A DNA stretch of 34,262 bases from a bacterium (GTDB taxonomy: Bacteria; Patescibacteriota; Minisyncoccia; Phycocordibacterales; Phycocordibacteraceae): the NCBI GenBank assembly GCA_021781865.1, contig JAJXVZ010000001.1:1-34262 (forward strand), read 5' to 3'. The notes below the pieces were generated by a model. That model had not been told where the DNA came from and made no database searches. It saw only the letters and a list, made by a program, of their open reading frames with translations. The translations under genes were made by a program, and so were the position numbers. This document shows, piece by piece, positions 1-9,504 of this stretch (its first letter is position 1; every line of letters begins with the position of its first letter).

Positions 1-2
1 CG

Positions 3-830
3 GTACTCAAAACGTGGCTCATAGAAGAAAAGGAGGGGAAATTTGATAATCGGCCCATCGTCATTGGTCCGACATCGGGGAATTGGGGTATGATTTCTGG
101 TCTCGTCGCTCCACTTTTTAATGTGGCTGGATTCCAGGCGGTTGTCGGGAGCGATGTTCCCGATGGCAAACTGGTTCACCTCAAGTCATCGGGGGCAGAG
201 GTTCTTGTGGCACCCGAAGGCGTATCAGCAATTACGTATGCGCTTGAGCTCAGCAAAAAATCTGGATACCATTTAATAAATCAATATACGCATCGTGGGA
301 CATATGAAGGTGGTAGGTGGACGATGAATCACATCGTAAATGAATTTCACAGAATTGGGAATATACCATCGGTTTTTGCTGCGGTGACCGGCACTTGCGG
401 TACGCTTGTCGCTGCTGATCTTTATTTAAAAAAGGAGCATCAACCAAATCTTAAGATTTTTGGCGTCGCGTCCATGTCCAAAGCGGAAGATATTCCAGGG
501 AGTCGGTACCCAGAGAAACTCGAAGCTTTGAAAGAAATTGGTGGATTTTCTTATGAAAATATTATCGAACTTCCACTGATCGCTGGCGTAACGAAAGACC
601 GAGTATTCGCGCTGAACGCAAAACTTTTTCAGCAATATTTTCTTTCGGTCGGACCGACAGCAGCGCTTCTTATAGCAGGTTTCTATGATCGATTGCGAGA
701 ACATTATGAGCACGGAACAATAGATTCTCTAAAAAATAAAGATGGCAAAATTATCGCCGTCTTGTACTTTATGGACATGCATCTCCCATATCTAGAAGAT
801 CCTGAATACCTCAGCTTCTTCCAAAACTAA
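3..830 (+). CDS. PLP-dependent enzyme of the cysteine synthase / Trp-synthase-beta (PALP) fold; 5' end runs off the window
   Basis: The frame of ORF 90..830 stays open back to nt 3 (VLKTWLIEEKEGKFDNRPIVIGPTSGNWGMISG...). 'PTSGNWG' resembles the xSSGNxG phosphate-loop region of cysteine-synthase-like enzymes. A later 'VTGTCGTL' glycine-rich loop is also present. Confidence 0.55.
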   Translation, partial: VLKTWLIEEKEGKFDNRPIVIGPTSGNWGMISGLVAPLFNVAGFQAVVGSDVPDGKLVHLKSSGAEVLVAPEGVSAITYALELSKKSGYHLINQYTHRGTYEGGRWTMNHIVNEFHRIGNIPSVFAAVTGTCGTLVAADLYLKKEHQPNLKIFGVASMSKAEDIPGSRYPEKLEALKEIGGFSYENIIELPLIAGVTKDRVFALNAKLFQQYFLSVGPTAALLIAGFYDRLREHYEHGTIDSLKNKDGKIIAVLYFMDMHLPYLEDPEYLSFFQN

Positions 831-879
831 TTTTCCTTTCTGAACTTAAAGAGACTAACTGTTTATTAGGTTGTTTGAA

Positions 880-1410
880 CTAATCTCTAATAACACGATT
901 GCCAAGAAAGCTAAAAAATTCATCACGACGATCTTCCATACCTATTTCCAGTATGTGTGAAAGAGGTCGATATTCTGGCGTATATTCGTAATGACCTCGA
1001 ACTTCCCCATCCTTGAAGACACGAATGTGGTATTGAAAATAAAAGTTTTTTAAGTAACGGAGACTAACCAACTCATCGTGATCTTTCCATGCAACGAAAT
1101 GGTTCTTGAAACCCTTTTGAACCAAAAATGATATGAATTCTTTCATCGATTGATTTGGGGCGACTCTCCCCAAAATAAAATCTTGACGTCCTTTGTGTCT
1201 GACAATGCGCAATCTGAGAGTGATATCTCTGATAAAAGGATGATAGGGAGTATAAAGTCTCCAAAAAACGTACTTAAGACGATCATGGAATGCGTAGGGA
1301 AATAGAATCTTTGAGCGGGGGATACTTTTGACAAATACCTCCAGAGAGTTTGGTGACTCGGATTTCATAATCAGACGATTTTTTAGTATACTAGCATCTC
1401 GCTGATTCAT
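880..1410 (-). CDS. hypothetical protein (about 176 aa, basic and aromatic-rich)
   Basis: Long ORF on the minus strand. I prefer the ATG at 1408-1410 over the GTG at 1417-1419 given in the track. I recognise no family. Confidence 0.5.
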   Translation of the reverse strand: MNQRDASILKNRLIMKSESPNSLEVFVKSIPRSKILFPYAFHDRLKYVFWRLYTPYHPFIRDITLRLRIVRHKGRQDFILGRVAPNQSMKEFISFLVQKGFKNHFVAWKDHDELVSLRYLKNFYFQYHIRVFKDGEVRGHYEYTPEYRPLSHILEIGMEDRRDEFFSFLGNRVIRD

Positions 1411-1508
1411 TATCCACACTTACGTAATCATTATCTCATCTTTCGCGATGATGCTAGATTTTGATGCTATCGTATAGCAGAGTTTTGTGCTAAAATAATC
1501 AAACAGTT

Positions 1509-2150
1509 ATGATTATTACGCATCACGGTGGACAGTGTTTTAAAGTGACGTTCGGCGATCTCACACTCGTTTTTGATCCTATCGCCAAGGGCGCGACGCT
1601 TCCCGCGGTGCGCTTTGGTGCGGATATCGCGCTCGTGTCGCGTGATCATCCAGATATGAATGGTATTGAAGAAGTAACCTATGGTGACAAGACCCCTTTC
1701 TCTATCACAGGTCCTGGTGAATATGAGCGACAAGGCGTTGTTGTTCAGGGATTTCTCTCGCACAGCAAATATGGTCTGTCAAAAGGCCAGACAGAATCTG
1801 TAAACACTATTTACATGGTCAATCTCGAAGATATGACACTCGTGCATCTTGGCGCACTTACCGATACTGAACTTCCACTTGAGGCGCGCGAAGGTATTGA
1901 TAAAATAGACGTTCTTTTTGTACCGGTTGGTGCGAGTGGCGTACTTTCTGCGACTGACGCACACAAGCTCGCGGTGTCACTTGAGCCGAAGATCATTGTC
2001 CCGATGCATTGGAATGGCATGGGAGAGCCCAAGGCACTTGAGGCTTTTCTGAAGGAGGTGGGGAATGACGGTAAGAAAGTTGATAAACTCACTCTTAAGA
2101 AAAAGGATCTCACTAATCATGATGGGAGTATACTAATACTAACATCCTAA
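1509..2150 (+). CDS. MBL-fold (metallo-beta-lactamase superfamily, UPF0173/UlaG-like) protein with a degenerate metal motif
   Basis: The N-terminus 'MIITHHGGQCFKVTFGDLTLVFDPI' and the later 'ADIALVSRDHPDMNG', 'VPVGA' and 'PMHW' follow the layout of small MBL-fold hydrolases. Confidence 0.6.
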   Translation: MIITHHGGQCFKVTFGDLTLVFDPIAKGATLPAVRFGADIALVSRDHPDMNGIEEVTYGDKTPFSITGPGEYERQGVVVQGFLSHSKYGLSKGQTESVNTIYMVNLEDMTLVHLGALTDTELPLEAREGIDKIDVLFVPVGASGVLSATDAHKLAVSLEPKIIVPMHWNGMGEPKALEAFLKEVGNDGKKVDKLTLKKKDLTNHDGSILILTS

Positions 2151-2155
2151 CTTAC

Positions 2156-2506
2156 ATGAAAACTGTCTTCGACCATATTGAGCGGGTAAAAGGGAAGCCA
2201 TACCATATTCGTAAAAAAATTGCTTTTACGGCGGCGGCCTCGTGTGCAACGCTCGTCGGTCTGGTATGGTTCATTGGTAACATTTCTTTCGGCGCGTTTA
2301 CCATTCAGGGAAGTTCGTTTGCCGAAAGCGTCGGGCAAGCAGGTGTAATTACAACCAGCGGCAGTGGCGAGCCTTCGAATCTCGCGGGTGCCGCCGCCGC
2401 TCTACCTTCCAAGAACACAAACGCACCGGCGCATATTGAAATTATTGATACCGCGTCTTCGACCGTGGGACAAGCAGGGGCAGAGCAGACAACGATTCCA
2501 TTTTGA
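2156..2506 (+). CDS. hypothetical membrane-anchored protein (one TM, Ala/Gly/Ser-rich tail)
   Basis: ORF starts 5 nt after the preceding stop. Hydrophobic segment 'FTAAASCATLVGLVWFIGNISF'. No recognisable domain. Confidence 0.45.
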   Translation: MKTVFDHIERVKGKPYHIRKKIAFTAAASCATLVGLVWFIGNISFGAFTIQGSSFAESVGQAGVITTSGSGEPSNLAGAAAALPSKNTNAPAHIEIIDTASSTVGQAGAEQTTIPF

Positions 2507-2539
2507 TAATTGCGAATACAAATATTTAAGAAATAGACA

Positions 2540-5008
2540 ATGGCTTCGAAAGATAAAAACTCCAATACACCTCCTATGGCAGCGAATGTTATCGATCAAC
2601 CGATCGTTTCGGAGATGCGCACATCGTATCTCGATTATGCGATGTCAGTCATTACGGCACGCGCATTGCCAGATGTACGTGACGGTTTGAAACCAGTACA
2701 TCGTCGTATTCTTTATGCAATGAAGGATATGGGGCTCATACCTGGGGCAAAATTTCGCAAAAGTGCAACTGTAGTCGGTGAAGTGCTCGGTAAGTACCAC
2801 CCACATGGAGATACAGCAGTTTATGATTCAATGGCCAAGATGGCGCAGGAATTTTCCTACCGTTATCCGCTTGTGCTCGGTCAAGGAAACTTTGGTTCCA
2901 TTGACGGTGATTCTCCAGCGGCCATGCGATATACCGAAGCAAAGATGTCGCGCATTGCGGAATCGTTACTTGCCGATCTCGAAAAAGAAACCGTCACCTG
3001 GAACCCAAACTATGACGCGACGCGTGAGGAACCGAATGTGCTTCCCGCGACATTACCAAATCTTCTTTTAAATGGCACGCTTGGTATTGCCGTTGGTATG
3101 GCAACGAATATTCCACCCCACAATCTTCGTGAAGTCGTTGCTGCGGCCATTCATCTCATTGAAAATCCAGAAGCAACGACAGGCGATCTTCTTTGGTTCG
3201 TGAAAGGTCCCGATTTTCCGCTCGGAGGCATTGCCTTCAATCAGACGGACATTGCACACGCTTACAGTTCAGGCAAAGGACCAGTAGTTGTGCGTGGTGA
3301 GGCAGAAATCATTGACGATGGAAAGAAAGATGTGAGCATCGTTATTACTTCTATCCCATATCGTGTGAATAAGAGCGAGCTAATTGCGCGTATCGCGGAT
3401 CTGGTGCAAGAGAAAAAGCTTGAAGGTATTCGTGATTTACGCGATGAATCAACAAGTGACATTCGTGTCGTAATCGAACTAAAAGGAACAGCACATCCAC
3501 AAGCCGTTTTGAACGCACTATATAAAAACACAGAACTTGAGAGCACTTTTCATTACAACATGCTCGCCCTAGTTGAGGGCGTTCCAGAGATACTTTCTTT
3601 GGACGGCATGCTTAGGTATTTCGTCAAACATCGTCAGGAAGTAGTGAAACGTCGTACCGAGTTTGATTTGCGTAAAGCGGAAGAGCGTGAACATATTCTC
3701 CTCGGTCTCTCAAAGGCACTCGATCATATCGATGAGGTTATAGCCCTTATAAAAAAGGCACCGGATGTTCCGAGTGCCGATACCGCACTCCGCAAAAAAT
3801 TCGGGTTTTCCGAAAGGCAAACAGCAGCAATCCTTGCAATGCGACTCCAGACGTTGGCAGGCCTCGAACGTAAGAAGATCGAGAACGAGCTCATGGAAGT
3901 ACAGACACTCATCAAGAAGCTCAAAGATATCCTTTCTACACCAAAGAAAATCCTCGCTGTCGTAAGAAAGGAACTTGAAGAGCTTTCTGAAAAATATGGA
4001 GATGATCGACGGACAAAAATAACGCGTGGCGGGGTGCAAAACATTTCAGTTGAAGATCTCGTTCCGGATGAGGAATCAATGTTGCTTCTTACCCAAGGAG
4101 GTTATGTAAAGCGAACGAATCCAGACGAGTACCGGGTGCAGAAACGTGGTGGTGTCGGTGTTGTTGACATAGCAACAAAGGAAGAAGACGCAGTGACACA
4201 TTTCCTAGTCGCAAGTACTCACAGTGATCTTCTTTTCTTTACCGATTTCGGCAAGGTATATCAACTCAAGATGTATGAACTCCCAGAAGGGAGACGTGCG
4301 ACTAAAGGTAAGAGCATTATGAATTTTCTTTCGCTCGCAGCCGAGGAGAAGATAACCTCCATCTTGCCAGTACCAAAAGGGGCCGCGCTTGAAGTTTCCT
4401 CAGTCGTGTTTGTGACTGAGGCGGGTATAGTAAAACGAGTGGCGGCGCGTGCTTTCGCAGATGTGCGTCGTTCGGGAATCATCGCAATCAATTTGAAGAA
4501 AGGCGATAGACTTGTTTCAGCACGCCACGTTTCGGAGAATGACACGGTGTCTATTGTAACTGCGAAGGGGCAGTCGATTCGTTTCGAGGTCGAGAATATC
4601 CGTGAGATGGGACGTGCCGCAGGCGGTGTACGCGGAATGAATGTACGAAAAGGAGATCGTGTGGTCTCGGCGGAAGTCATTCCTGCTGTTGAAGCAAAAG
4701 ATTCTTCTTTACTTGTTATTATGAGCAAGGGTTACGGGAAACGTACTAAGATTTCTGAATATAAAATACAAGGCCGTGGCGGTTCTGGCATCAAAACTGC
4801 AAAAATGACACCAAAGACCGGTGAGATTATCGGTACAAAGGTTATCGCGGGTAATCTCGACGGTGAGGAGATCGTGGTCGTTTCAAAGAAAGGACAAGTG
4901 ATTCGCACATTGGTTTCTGAAATTTCAATACTTTCTCGCGCTACTCAAGGTGTCCGTATTATGAAAATGCGCGATGGTGATGCTATTGCAAGTATGGTGT
5001 CATTGTAA
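2540..5008 (+). CDS. gyrA: DNA gyrase subunit A
   Basis: 822 aa. Contains '[11 protein letters not shown]', '[14 protein letters not shown]' (QRDR region) and '[10 protein letters not shown]' (catalytic Tyr), followed by C-terminal beta-pinwheel repeats with 'QGRGGSG'. Confidence 0.97.
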   Translation: MASKDKNSNTPPMAANVIDQPIVSEMRTSYLDYAMSVITARALPDVRDGLKPVHRRILYAMKDMGLIPGAKFRKSATVVGEVLGKYHPHGDTAVYDSMAKMAQEFSYRYPLVLGQGNFGSIDGDSPAAMRYTEAKMSRIAESLLADLEKETVTWNPNYDATREEPNVLPATLPNLLLNGTLGIAVGMATNIPPHNLREVVAAAIHLIENPEATTGDLLWFVKGPDFPLGGIAFNQTDIAHAYSSGKGPVVVRGEAEIIDDGKKDVSIVITSIPYRVNKSELIARIADLVQEKKLEGIRDLRDESTSDIRVVIELKGTAHPQAVLNALYKNTELESTFHYNMLALVEGVPEILSLDGMLRYFVKHRQEVVKRRTEFDLRKAEEREHILLGLSKALDHIDEVIALIKKAPDVPSADTALRKKFGFSERQTAAILAMRLQTLAGLERKKIENELMEVQTLIKKLKDILSTPKKILAVVRKELEELSEKYGDDRRTKITRGGVQNISVEDLVPDEESMLLLTQGGYVKRTNPDEYRVQKRGGVGVVDIATKEEDAVTHFLVASTHSDLLFFTDFGKVYQLKMYELPEGRRATKGKSIMNFLSLAAEEKITSILPVPKGAALEVSSVVFVTEAGIVKRVAARAFADVRRSGIIAINLKKGDRLVSARHVSENDTVSIVTAKGQSIRFEVENIREMGRAAGGVRGMNVRKGDRVVSAEVIPAVEAKDSSLLVIMSKGYGKRTKISEYKIQGRGGSGIKTAKMTPKTGEIIGTKVIAGNLDGEEIVVVSKKGQVIRTLVSEISILSRATQGVRIMKMRDGDAIASMVSL

Positions 5009-5412
5009 TGATTCTCACATACGTATCGTGTGGGTGAATGCGTACATCAGAAGACAAATCTCACGGCAGTTTTTTGGAGGCTCTAAATTATCTAACGATC
5101 TCATTCTCGACTGGTAACACATTCGCACTAATCATGTAATCAATACGTGGACCGCAGGGGTGGCAATGTGAACAGTATACAGAATTTCTGGAGCATCGAA
5201 AACGTCGGATTGCCAAATTCAACGACGTCTCGCAAAAGATCTTCCCTCGGCATTTTAGAAGAATGTAAATTTAGTTAAAAATCCACAAAGGAGAAGTATT
5301 CGAAATACTTCTAGGTATGATTCATGTGTCTTAGTTAATTTAGAGTTTTTTATATTGTTGATTGTGCATATACAATTACAATTATGGTTAGTATATGTGC
5401 TATTTTATAGGC

Positions 5413-5949
5413 ATGAGCGCGTTGTTTAGTAATCCGCAAAAGAATGTCTTACAACTAGGATTGCGCGAGGGTATGAAAATTGGTGATTTTGGCGCAGGTT
5501 CTGGTCATTATTCTCGCGCGGCGGCAGCCGTTGTTGGGGTAAGCGGTAAGGTCTACGCGATTGATATACAAGAGGATATCTTAAAACATTTAAAACTAAA
5601 TACTAATGAACGTCATCAAGGAGTCATTGAGACATTATGGGGCGATATAGAGAAACCGGGAGGTACACACCTGCGTGATATGTTGCTCGATGCCGTCATT
5701 CTTGCCAACACGTTCTTTCAAGTCGAGAATCGTTTTGGATGTTTGGGAGAAATAAAACGTGTTTTAAAATCAAGCAGCAAACTCGTGGTTATTGACTGGG
5801 CGGGTAGTTATAGCGGCATGGGTCCAGCGCCTAAAAAGGTCGTTTCCGAACACGAAGCTGAGGATTTTTTTATTAGTGGCGGTTTCCATAAACTGAAATC
5901 GTTTCGTGCAGGTTCGCATCATTACGGGATTGTATTCACTGCTCCATGA
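5413..5949 (+). CDS. class I SAM-dependent methyltransferase
   Basis: Motif I 'IGDFGAGSGHYS', then 'VYAIDI' (motif II acidic residue) and 'LVVIDW'. The start could also be the ATG at 5395. The stop overlaps the next start (ATGA at 5946-5949). Confidence 0.75.
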   Translation: MSALFSNPQKNVLQLGLREGMKIGDFGAGSGHYSRAAAAVVGVSGKVYAIDIQEDILKHLKLNTNERHQGVIETLWGDIEKPGGTHLRDMLLDAVILANTFFQVENRFGCLGEIKRVLKSSSKLVVIDWAGSYSGMGPAPKKVVSEHEAEDFFISGGFHKLKSFRAGSHHYGIVFTAP

Positions 5950-7256
5950 AAATTTCCCTCTTCCAAGGCATTCTATTTGCTGTTTTCGGTTTTGGTGCGA
6001 TAATTGGGCTCTTTGTCTTTACAACGCATACAGGGAATACGAATAATAGCAATACTATCGGCACCGTTGTTATTTGGGGAACGTTGCCCAAGGCGAATAT
6101 GCAAAACTTCCTCACCGAGATAGGTCAAACTGACCAAGCAATTAAGAATGTCTCATATGTTCAGGAAAATATATCCACCCTGCCGAATGATCTTTCCGCT
6201 GCTATTGCGACTAACAATGCTCCGGACCTCATTCTAGCTTCGCAGGAAGAACTCACATCAATTTCAAAATATCTTATGCCAATTCCGGTAGCAACACTTC
6301 CCACGAGCACATTCGTAAATACCTTTATTGGAGAAGGGAATCTTTTCGCCATCCCCGGGGGTAGTGGTTACTACGGAATACCATTTCTAGTTGATCCACT
6401 CGTACTGTATTCAAATCACACAATTCTTTCCTCTAATGGCATAGCGAAGCCTCCTACGACTTGGGAAGCGTTGATGGGGCTTGTACCAAATGTCGTATCT
6501 CTTACCCCCGCACAGCAGGTTACACGGGGTCTTATCGCGCTCGGCACGTACGACAATATCCACGATGCTCGTGGAATACTTTCTACCTTTTTCTTACAAG
6601 CAGGTGTTCCAATATCTTCATATACATCAAGTGGCAGTTTAGCAGCTGATCTAGGCACGCAGGGGACTTCAAGCGGAATACCACCAGGTGAATCGGTCAT
6701 TGGATTTTATACGCAATTCGCCGACCCATCGAAGGTTTCATATACTTGGAACGCCTCGTTGCCCGATTCGCAGCAAGCGTTTCTCGCAGGCGATCTTGCA
6801 CTTTATCTTGGGTACGCTTCTGAAGCACGTTTCTTCACGCAAGCGAATCCAAACCTCGATTTCGATGTTACTCCGATACCACAACCAGCGACCGCTACTA
6901 CAAAAAATGTTTATGGTCTTGTTTATGCATTCATGATTCCACGTGGAGCTGCGAATTCTTCAGGTGCGTATCAAGTCGCTGGGCTTTTCTCAAACTCGTC
7001 TGAACAGATTGCTGCCGCAGCGACGGGTCTCGCACCCGCGACCCTCAATCAACTTGAAGAACCCCCTACTGATCCAGTCAGTGCCGTTTCATATGCTGAA
7101 GCACTTTACGCAAATGGCTGGTTGTCCCCAGCGCCTGCTAGTACAGACACGGTGTTTTCAGGTATGATTGGGAATGTGATAAGCGGTCGTTCCTCGATTA
7201 GTATCGCTCTTTCTTCCGCAGAACAGGCATTAAACTCTTATTTGCAACAGCAATGA
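5946..7256 (+). CDS. extracellular solute-binding-protein-like protein (ABC-type SBP family 1 fold), N-terminal TM anchor, no cognate permease or ATPase nearby
   Basis: N-terminal hydrophobic helix 'ISLFQGILFAVFGFGAIIGLFVF'. 'APDLILASQEEL', 'YGIPFLVDPLVLYSN' and 'PPTTWEAL' resemble sugar-type SBP signatures. 4-nt overlaps with both neighbours. Confidence 0.6.
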   Translation: MKISLFQGILFAVFGFGAIIGLFVFTTHTGNTNNSNTIGTVVIWGTLPKANMQNFLTEIGQTDQAIKNVSYVQENISTLPNDLSAAIATNNAPDLILASQEELTSISKYLMPIPVATLPTSTFVNTFIGEGNLFAIPGGSGYYGIPFLVDPLVLYSNHTILSSNGIAKPPTTWEALMGLVPNVVSLTPAQQVTRGLIALGTYDNIHDARGILSTFFLQAGVPISSYTSSGSLAADLGTQGTSSGIPPGESVIGFYTQFADPSKVSYTWNASLPDSQQAFLAGDLALYLGYASEARFFTQANPNLDFDVTPIPQPATATTKNVYGLVYAFMIPRGAANSSGAYQVAGLFSNSSEQIAAAATGLAPATLNQLEEPPTDPVSAVSYAEALYANGWLSPAPASTDTVFSGMIGNVISGRSSISIALSSAEQALNSYLQQQ

Positions 7257-7861
7257 TCACACACGTTTTCACTACTATTCGTCGGAATGTGATTAAACTT
7301 TATCTCACTCCATTCCTTGTGTTTTTTCTTTTTTTGATAGGGGTTATACCTGTGTCTGTTCACGCTACAGGTAGTTATTGTGATGCCTCAATACCTTGTC
7401 CAGCTGGTGAGACTTGCTATATGCCGCAAGGAGGTCCTTTTGTGTGTGTCGAGGCAACAAACCCATCACCGACTAGTAATCTAAATCCGTCACCGACTAG
7501 TAATCCAAACCCATCACCGACTAGTAATCCAAGCTCTAGTAATAATCTTACTCCTGGCCCAAGCATCACCCTTATCAATCCGCTGAGTGGGGTCGATTGT
7601 AGTGCGGGCAATGGTAGTTGCTTAAATGCTTTTCTTCTTAACATCCTGCAATTCGTCATACTTATAGGTTCTATCGTTATTGTTTTAATGCTGGTGTTTG
7701 TTGGTTATAAATTCGTCGCGGCACAAGGTTCTCCAGAAAAAATAAAAGAAGCACGAAATATGCTCCTCTGGACCGTTATTGGCGCTCTAGTGCTCCTTGG
7801 GGCACAGGCGATAGCCATGGGTATTCAAGCGACGGTGACTGCACTCACAAGCGGTAGTTAA
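7253..7861 (+). CDS. pilin paralog P1: Cys-rich and Pro/Ser/Thr-repeat N-terminal region fused to a VirB2/TrbC-like two-helix pilin module
   Basis: Signal/anchor 'LTPFLVFFLFLIGVIPVSVHA', then CxxxxxCxxxxxC...C, then 3x NPSPTSN[LP]. The C-terminus has helix - 'AAQGSPEKIKEARNM' - 'LLWTVIGALVLLGAQAIA'. Confidence 0.65.
   Translation: MITHVFTTIRRNVIKLYLTPFLVFFLFLIGVIPVSVHATGSYCDASIPCPAGETCYMPQGGPFVCVEATNPSPTSNLNPSPTSNPNPSPTSNPSSSNNLTPGPSITLINPLSGVDCSAGNGSCLNAFLLNILQFVILIGSIVIVLMLVFVGYKFVAAQGSPEKIKEARNMLLWTVIGALVLLGAQAIAMGIQATVTALTSGS
7460..7531 (+). repeat. 3 x 24-bp in-frame tandem repeat (NPSPTSN[L/P]) inside P1
   Basis: The units are aacccatcaccgactagtaatcta, aatccgtcaccgactagtaatcca and aacccatcaccgactagtaatcca. 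They are read directly from the sequence and are in frame with CDS 7253. Confidence 0.9.
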
Positions 7862-7863
7862 AT

Positions 7864-8151
7864 ATGAATTTAGGTGGTGGCACAAGCTTCAAAAATTTCG
7901 TCGGGAGTGGCACGACGGGTGTTATTGGCATTATTAATACTTTTATCGTGCCAGTTATCTTCACACTTGTATTTGCCGTTTTTGTCTGGAGTATAGTGAA
8001 TTATTTTTTTATCCATGGCGGTGAGGAGGCAAAACGAGAAGAGGGTAGACAATTTATTCTTTGGGGAATAATTGGAATGGTAATACTTTTCGCCGTATGG
8101 GGAATATTGAATATACTGTTATCCACGCTCGGCATTACGCCATCTGCGTGA
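7864..8151 (+). CDS. pilin paralog P2 (VirB2/TrbC-like two-helix small membrane protein)
   Basis: 95 aa. Helix 'IINTFIVPVIFTLVFAVFVWSIVNYF', charged loop 'GGEEAKREEGRQF', then 'ILWGIIGMVILFAVWGILN'. 2-nt gap after P1. Confidence 0.7.
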   Translation: MNLGGGTSFKNFVGSGTTGVIGIINTFIVPVIFTLVFAVFVWSIVNYFFIHGGEEAKREEGRQFILWGIIGMVILFAVWGILNILLSTLGITPSA

Positions 8152-8169
8152 TATGGCATACTTTGGCAT

Positions 8170-8571
8170 ATGAGATCCGTAATTCGTTCCTTCGTTCTTT
8201 TATCGGCATTTGCCCTACCGGCATTTGCATTTGCTCTTCAAATATCTGTAAGTATTGGCATTGGTAACAGTTGCGGTGCGAGTAGTATATGCCAGGTCGC
8301 AAATACTATCCTTTTTCTCATAAATGAGGTCCTAGTGCCGCTCATTTTTGCGATCTCATTCTTGGTTTTTCTCTACGGCGTTTTTAAGCAGTATATATGG
8401 AGTAGGGGAGATGAGGCGGCGGTCACAAAAGGGCACACACTCATTCTTTGGGGAATTATTGGTTTTGTGGTGATGGTGTCGCTCTGGGGGCTCGTGAATG
8501 TTGTTGCAAATACGTTCGGACTTGGCGGCTATACGGCACCACCCTTACCCGTATCGTATCCAACGTATTAA
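8170..8571 (+). CDS. pilin paralog P3 (signal peptide plus two-helix pilin module)
   Basis: Signal peptide 'MRSVIRSFVLLSAFALPAFAFA', a Cys pair (CGASSIC), 'INEVLVPLIFAISFLVFLYGVF', loop 'SRGDEAAVTKGHT', then 'LILWGIIGFVVMVSLWGLVN'. Confidence 0.7.
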   Translation: MRSVIRSFVLLSAFALPAFAFALQISVSIGIGNSCGASSICQVANTILFLINEVLVPLIFAISFLVFLYGVFKQYIWSRGDEAAVTKGHTLILWGIIGFVVMVSLWGLVNVVANTFGLGGYTAPPLPVSYPTY

Positions 8572-8578
8572 TCAATAT

Positions 8579-9043
8579 ATGAGACATTCAGCGCTTACAA
8601 AAATTCTTATCGTTGAATTTCTTCTTCTTTGCTTCGTCGAAATTTTTTCCAGCCCAATGATATTGTTTGCTGCCGTCAAGCCGCCCTGCTTAAGTGGTTA
8701 TATTGGTATAAACTGCACTCCCGTCTCTTCCGTCTCACCTAGTTCCAGCGGCATCAATACCTATTATTTACAAAATTATTCAACGAGCATCATTAATATT
8801 ATTAATGGAATCGTCGCACCAGTGATGCTTGCCGTTGCATTTGTCTTCTTTCTCTACGGTGTGTATAAATATTTTTTCTTAGGCGCAACGAATGAGTCTG
8901 AACGTGCAAACGGTCGACAATTTGTTCTCTGGAGTATTATTGGTTTTGTTGTCATATTTTCAATCTGGGGACTCGTAGGGCTCGTAGGTAGCACATTCGG
9001 TCTTTCGTCGGGCGGTTACGCGCCTCCATATCCGACGTTGTAG
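8579..9043 (+). CDS. pilin paralog P4 (signal peptide plus two-helix pilin module)
   Basis: The internal ATG at 8579 avoids the overlap with P3 that the track start at 8498 creates. 'IINGIVAPVMLAVAFVFFLYGVYKYF', loop 'ATNESERANGRQF', then 'VLWSIIGFVVIFSIWGLVG'. Confidence 0.65.
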   Translation: MRHSALTKILIVEFLLLCFVEIFSSPMILFAAVKPPCLSGYIGINCTPVSSVSPSSSGINTYYLQNYSTSIINIINGIVAPVMLAVAFVFFLYGVYKYFFLGATNESERANGRQFVLWSIIGFVVIFSIWGLVGLVGSTFGLSSGGYAPPYPTL

Positions 9044-9072
9044 AGACTATCCCCATAGGGTGCGGAACTCAG

Positions 9073-9100
9073 TTGACTCAATTCATAAGGACATTATAAT
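9073..9100 (+). promoter_or_regulatory. candidate sigma70-type promoter inside the pilin array (TTGACT-16 nt-TATAAT)
   Basis: TTGACT at 9073-9078 and TATAAT at 9095-9100. They lie in the only sizeable (83 nt) gap of the array, 27 nt upstream of the P5 ATG. Confidence 0.45.
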
Positions 9101-9126
9101 TACCTTGTTACTCACTTATCGACATT

Positions 9127-9504
9127 ATGAAAAAATTTCTCGCCCTTTCTTCAGGAATCCTTGCGGTATTTGCATTACCTCTCATCTCACTTGCTGCGAT
9201 CAATAACGTTTCGGACGCTGGTAATTTTATCATCAATACAATTAATGGCGTTATTGTTCCAGTCATATTTGCCTTGGCGTTTATTGTTTTTCTTTGGGGC
9301 GCATTTTCCACATTTATTATTGGCGCGAACAGCGATGATGTAAAAAAGAAAGGAAAGAATCTCATGCTCTACAGCCTTATCGGTTTTGTGGTAATGGTTT
9401 CCATTTGGGGTCTTGTAAACGCTCTTACCGGTACGATTGGTTTTGGTAACAGTTCTGGCATTACGGGTGGTACACCTAAGGCAGGGGTTCAAATCGGCGG
9501 ATAA
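9127..9504 (+). CDS. pilin paralog P5 (signal peptide plus two-helix pilin module)
   Basis: Signal peptide 'MKKFLALSSGILAVFALPLISLA', 'INGVIVPVIFALAFIVFLWGAF', loop 'ANSDDVKKKGKNL', then 'MLYSLIGFVVMVSIWGLVN'. Confidence 0.7.
   Translation: MKKFLALSSGILAVFALPLISLAAINNVSDAGNFIINTINGVIVPVIFALAFIVFLWGAFSTFIIGANSDDVKKKGKNLMLYSLIGFVVMVSIWGLVNALTGTIGFGNSSGITGGTPKAGVQIGG

Noticed and set aside
2736-4728. Multiple 60-155 aa ORFs antisense to or out of frame within gyrA (for example 3262..3546-, 3710..4039-, 4261..4728-).
   Set aside because: They lie entirely inside a confidently identified 822-aa gene, have low-complexity or Ser/Arg-rich translations, and lack start context. They are typical shadow ORFs.
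8498-8578. The track start at 8498 for the fourth pilin ORF, which would overlap P3 by 74 nt.
   Set aside because: The extension (MLLQIRSDLAAIRHHPYPYRIQRINQY) lies out of frame over the P3 C-terminus and does not look like a signal peptide. The ATG at 8579 gives a normal signal-peptide N-terminus and a 7-nt gap.
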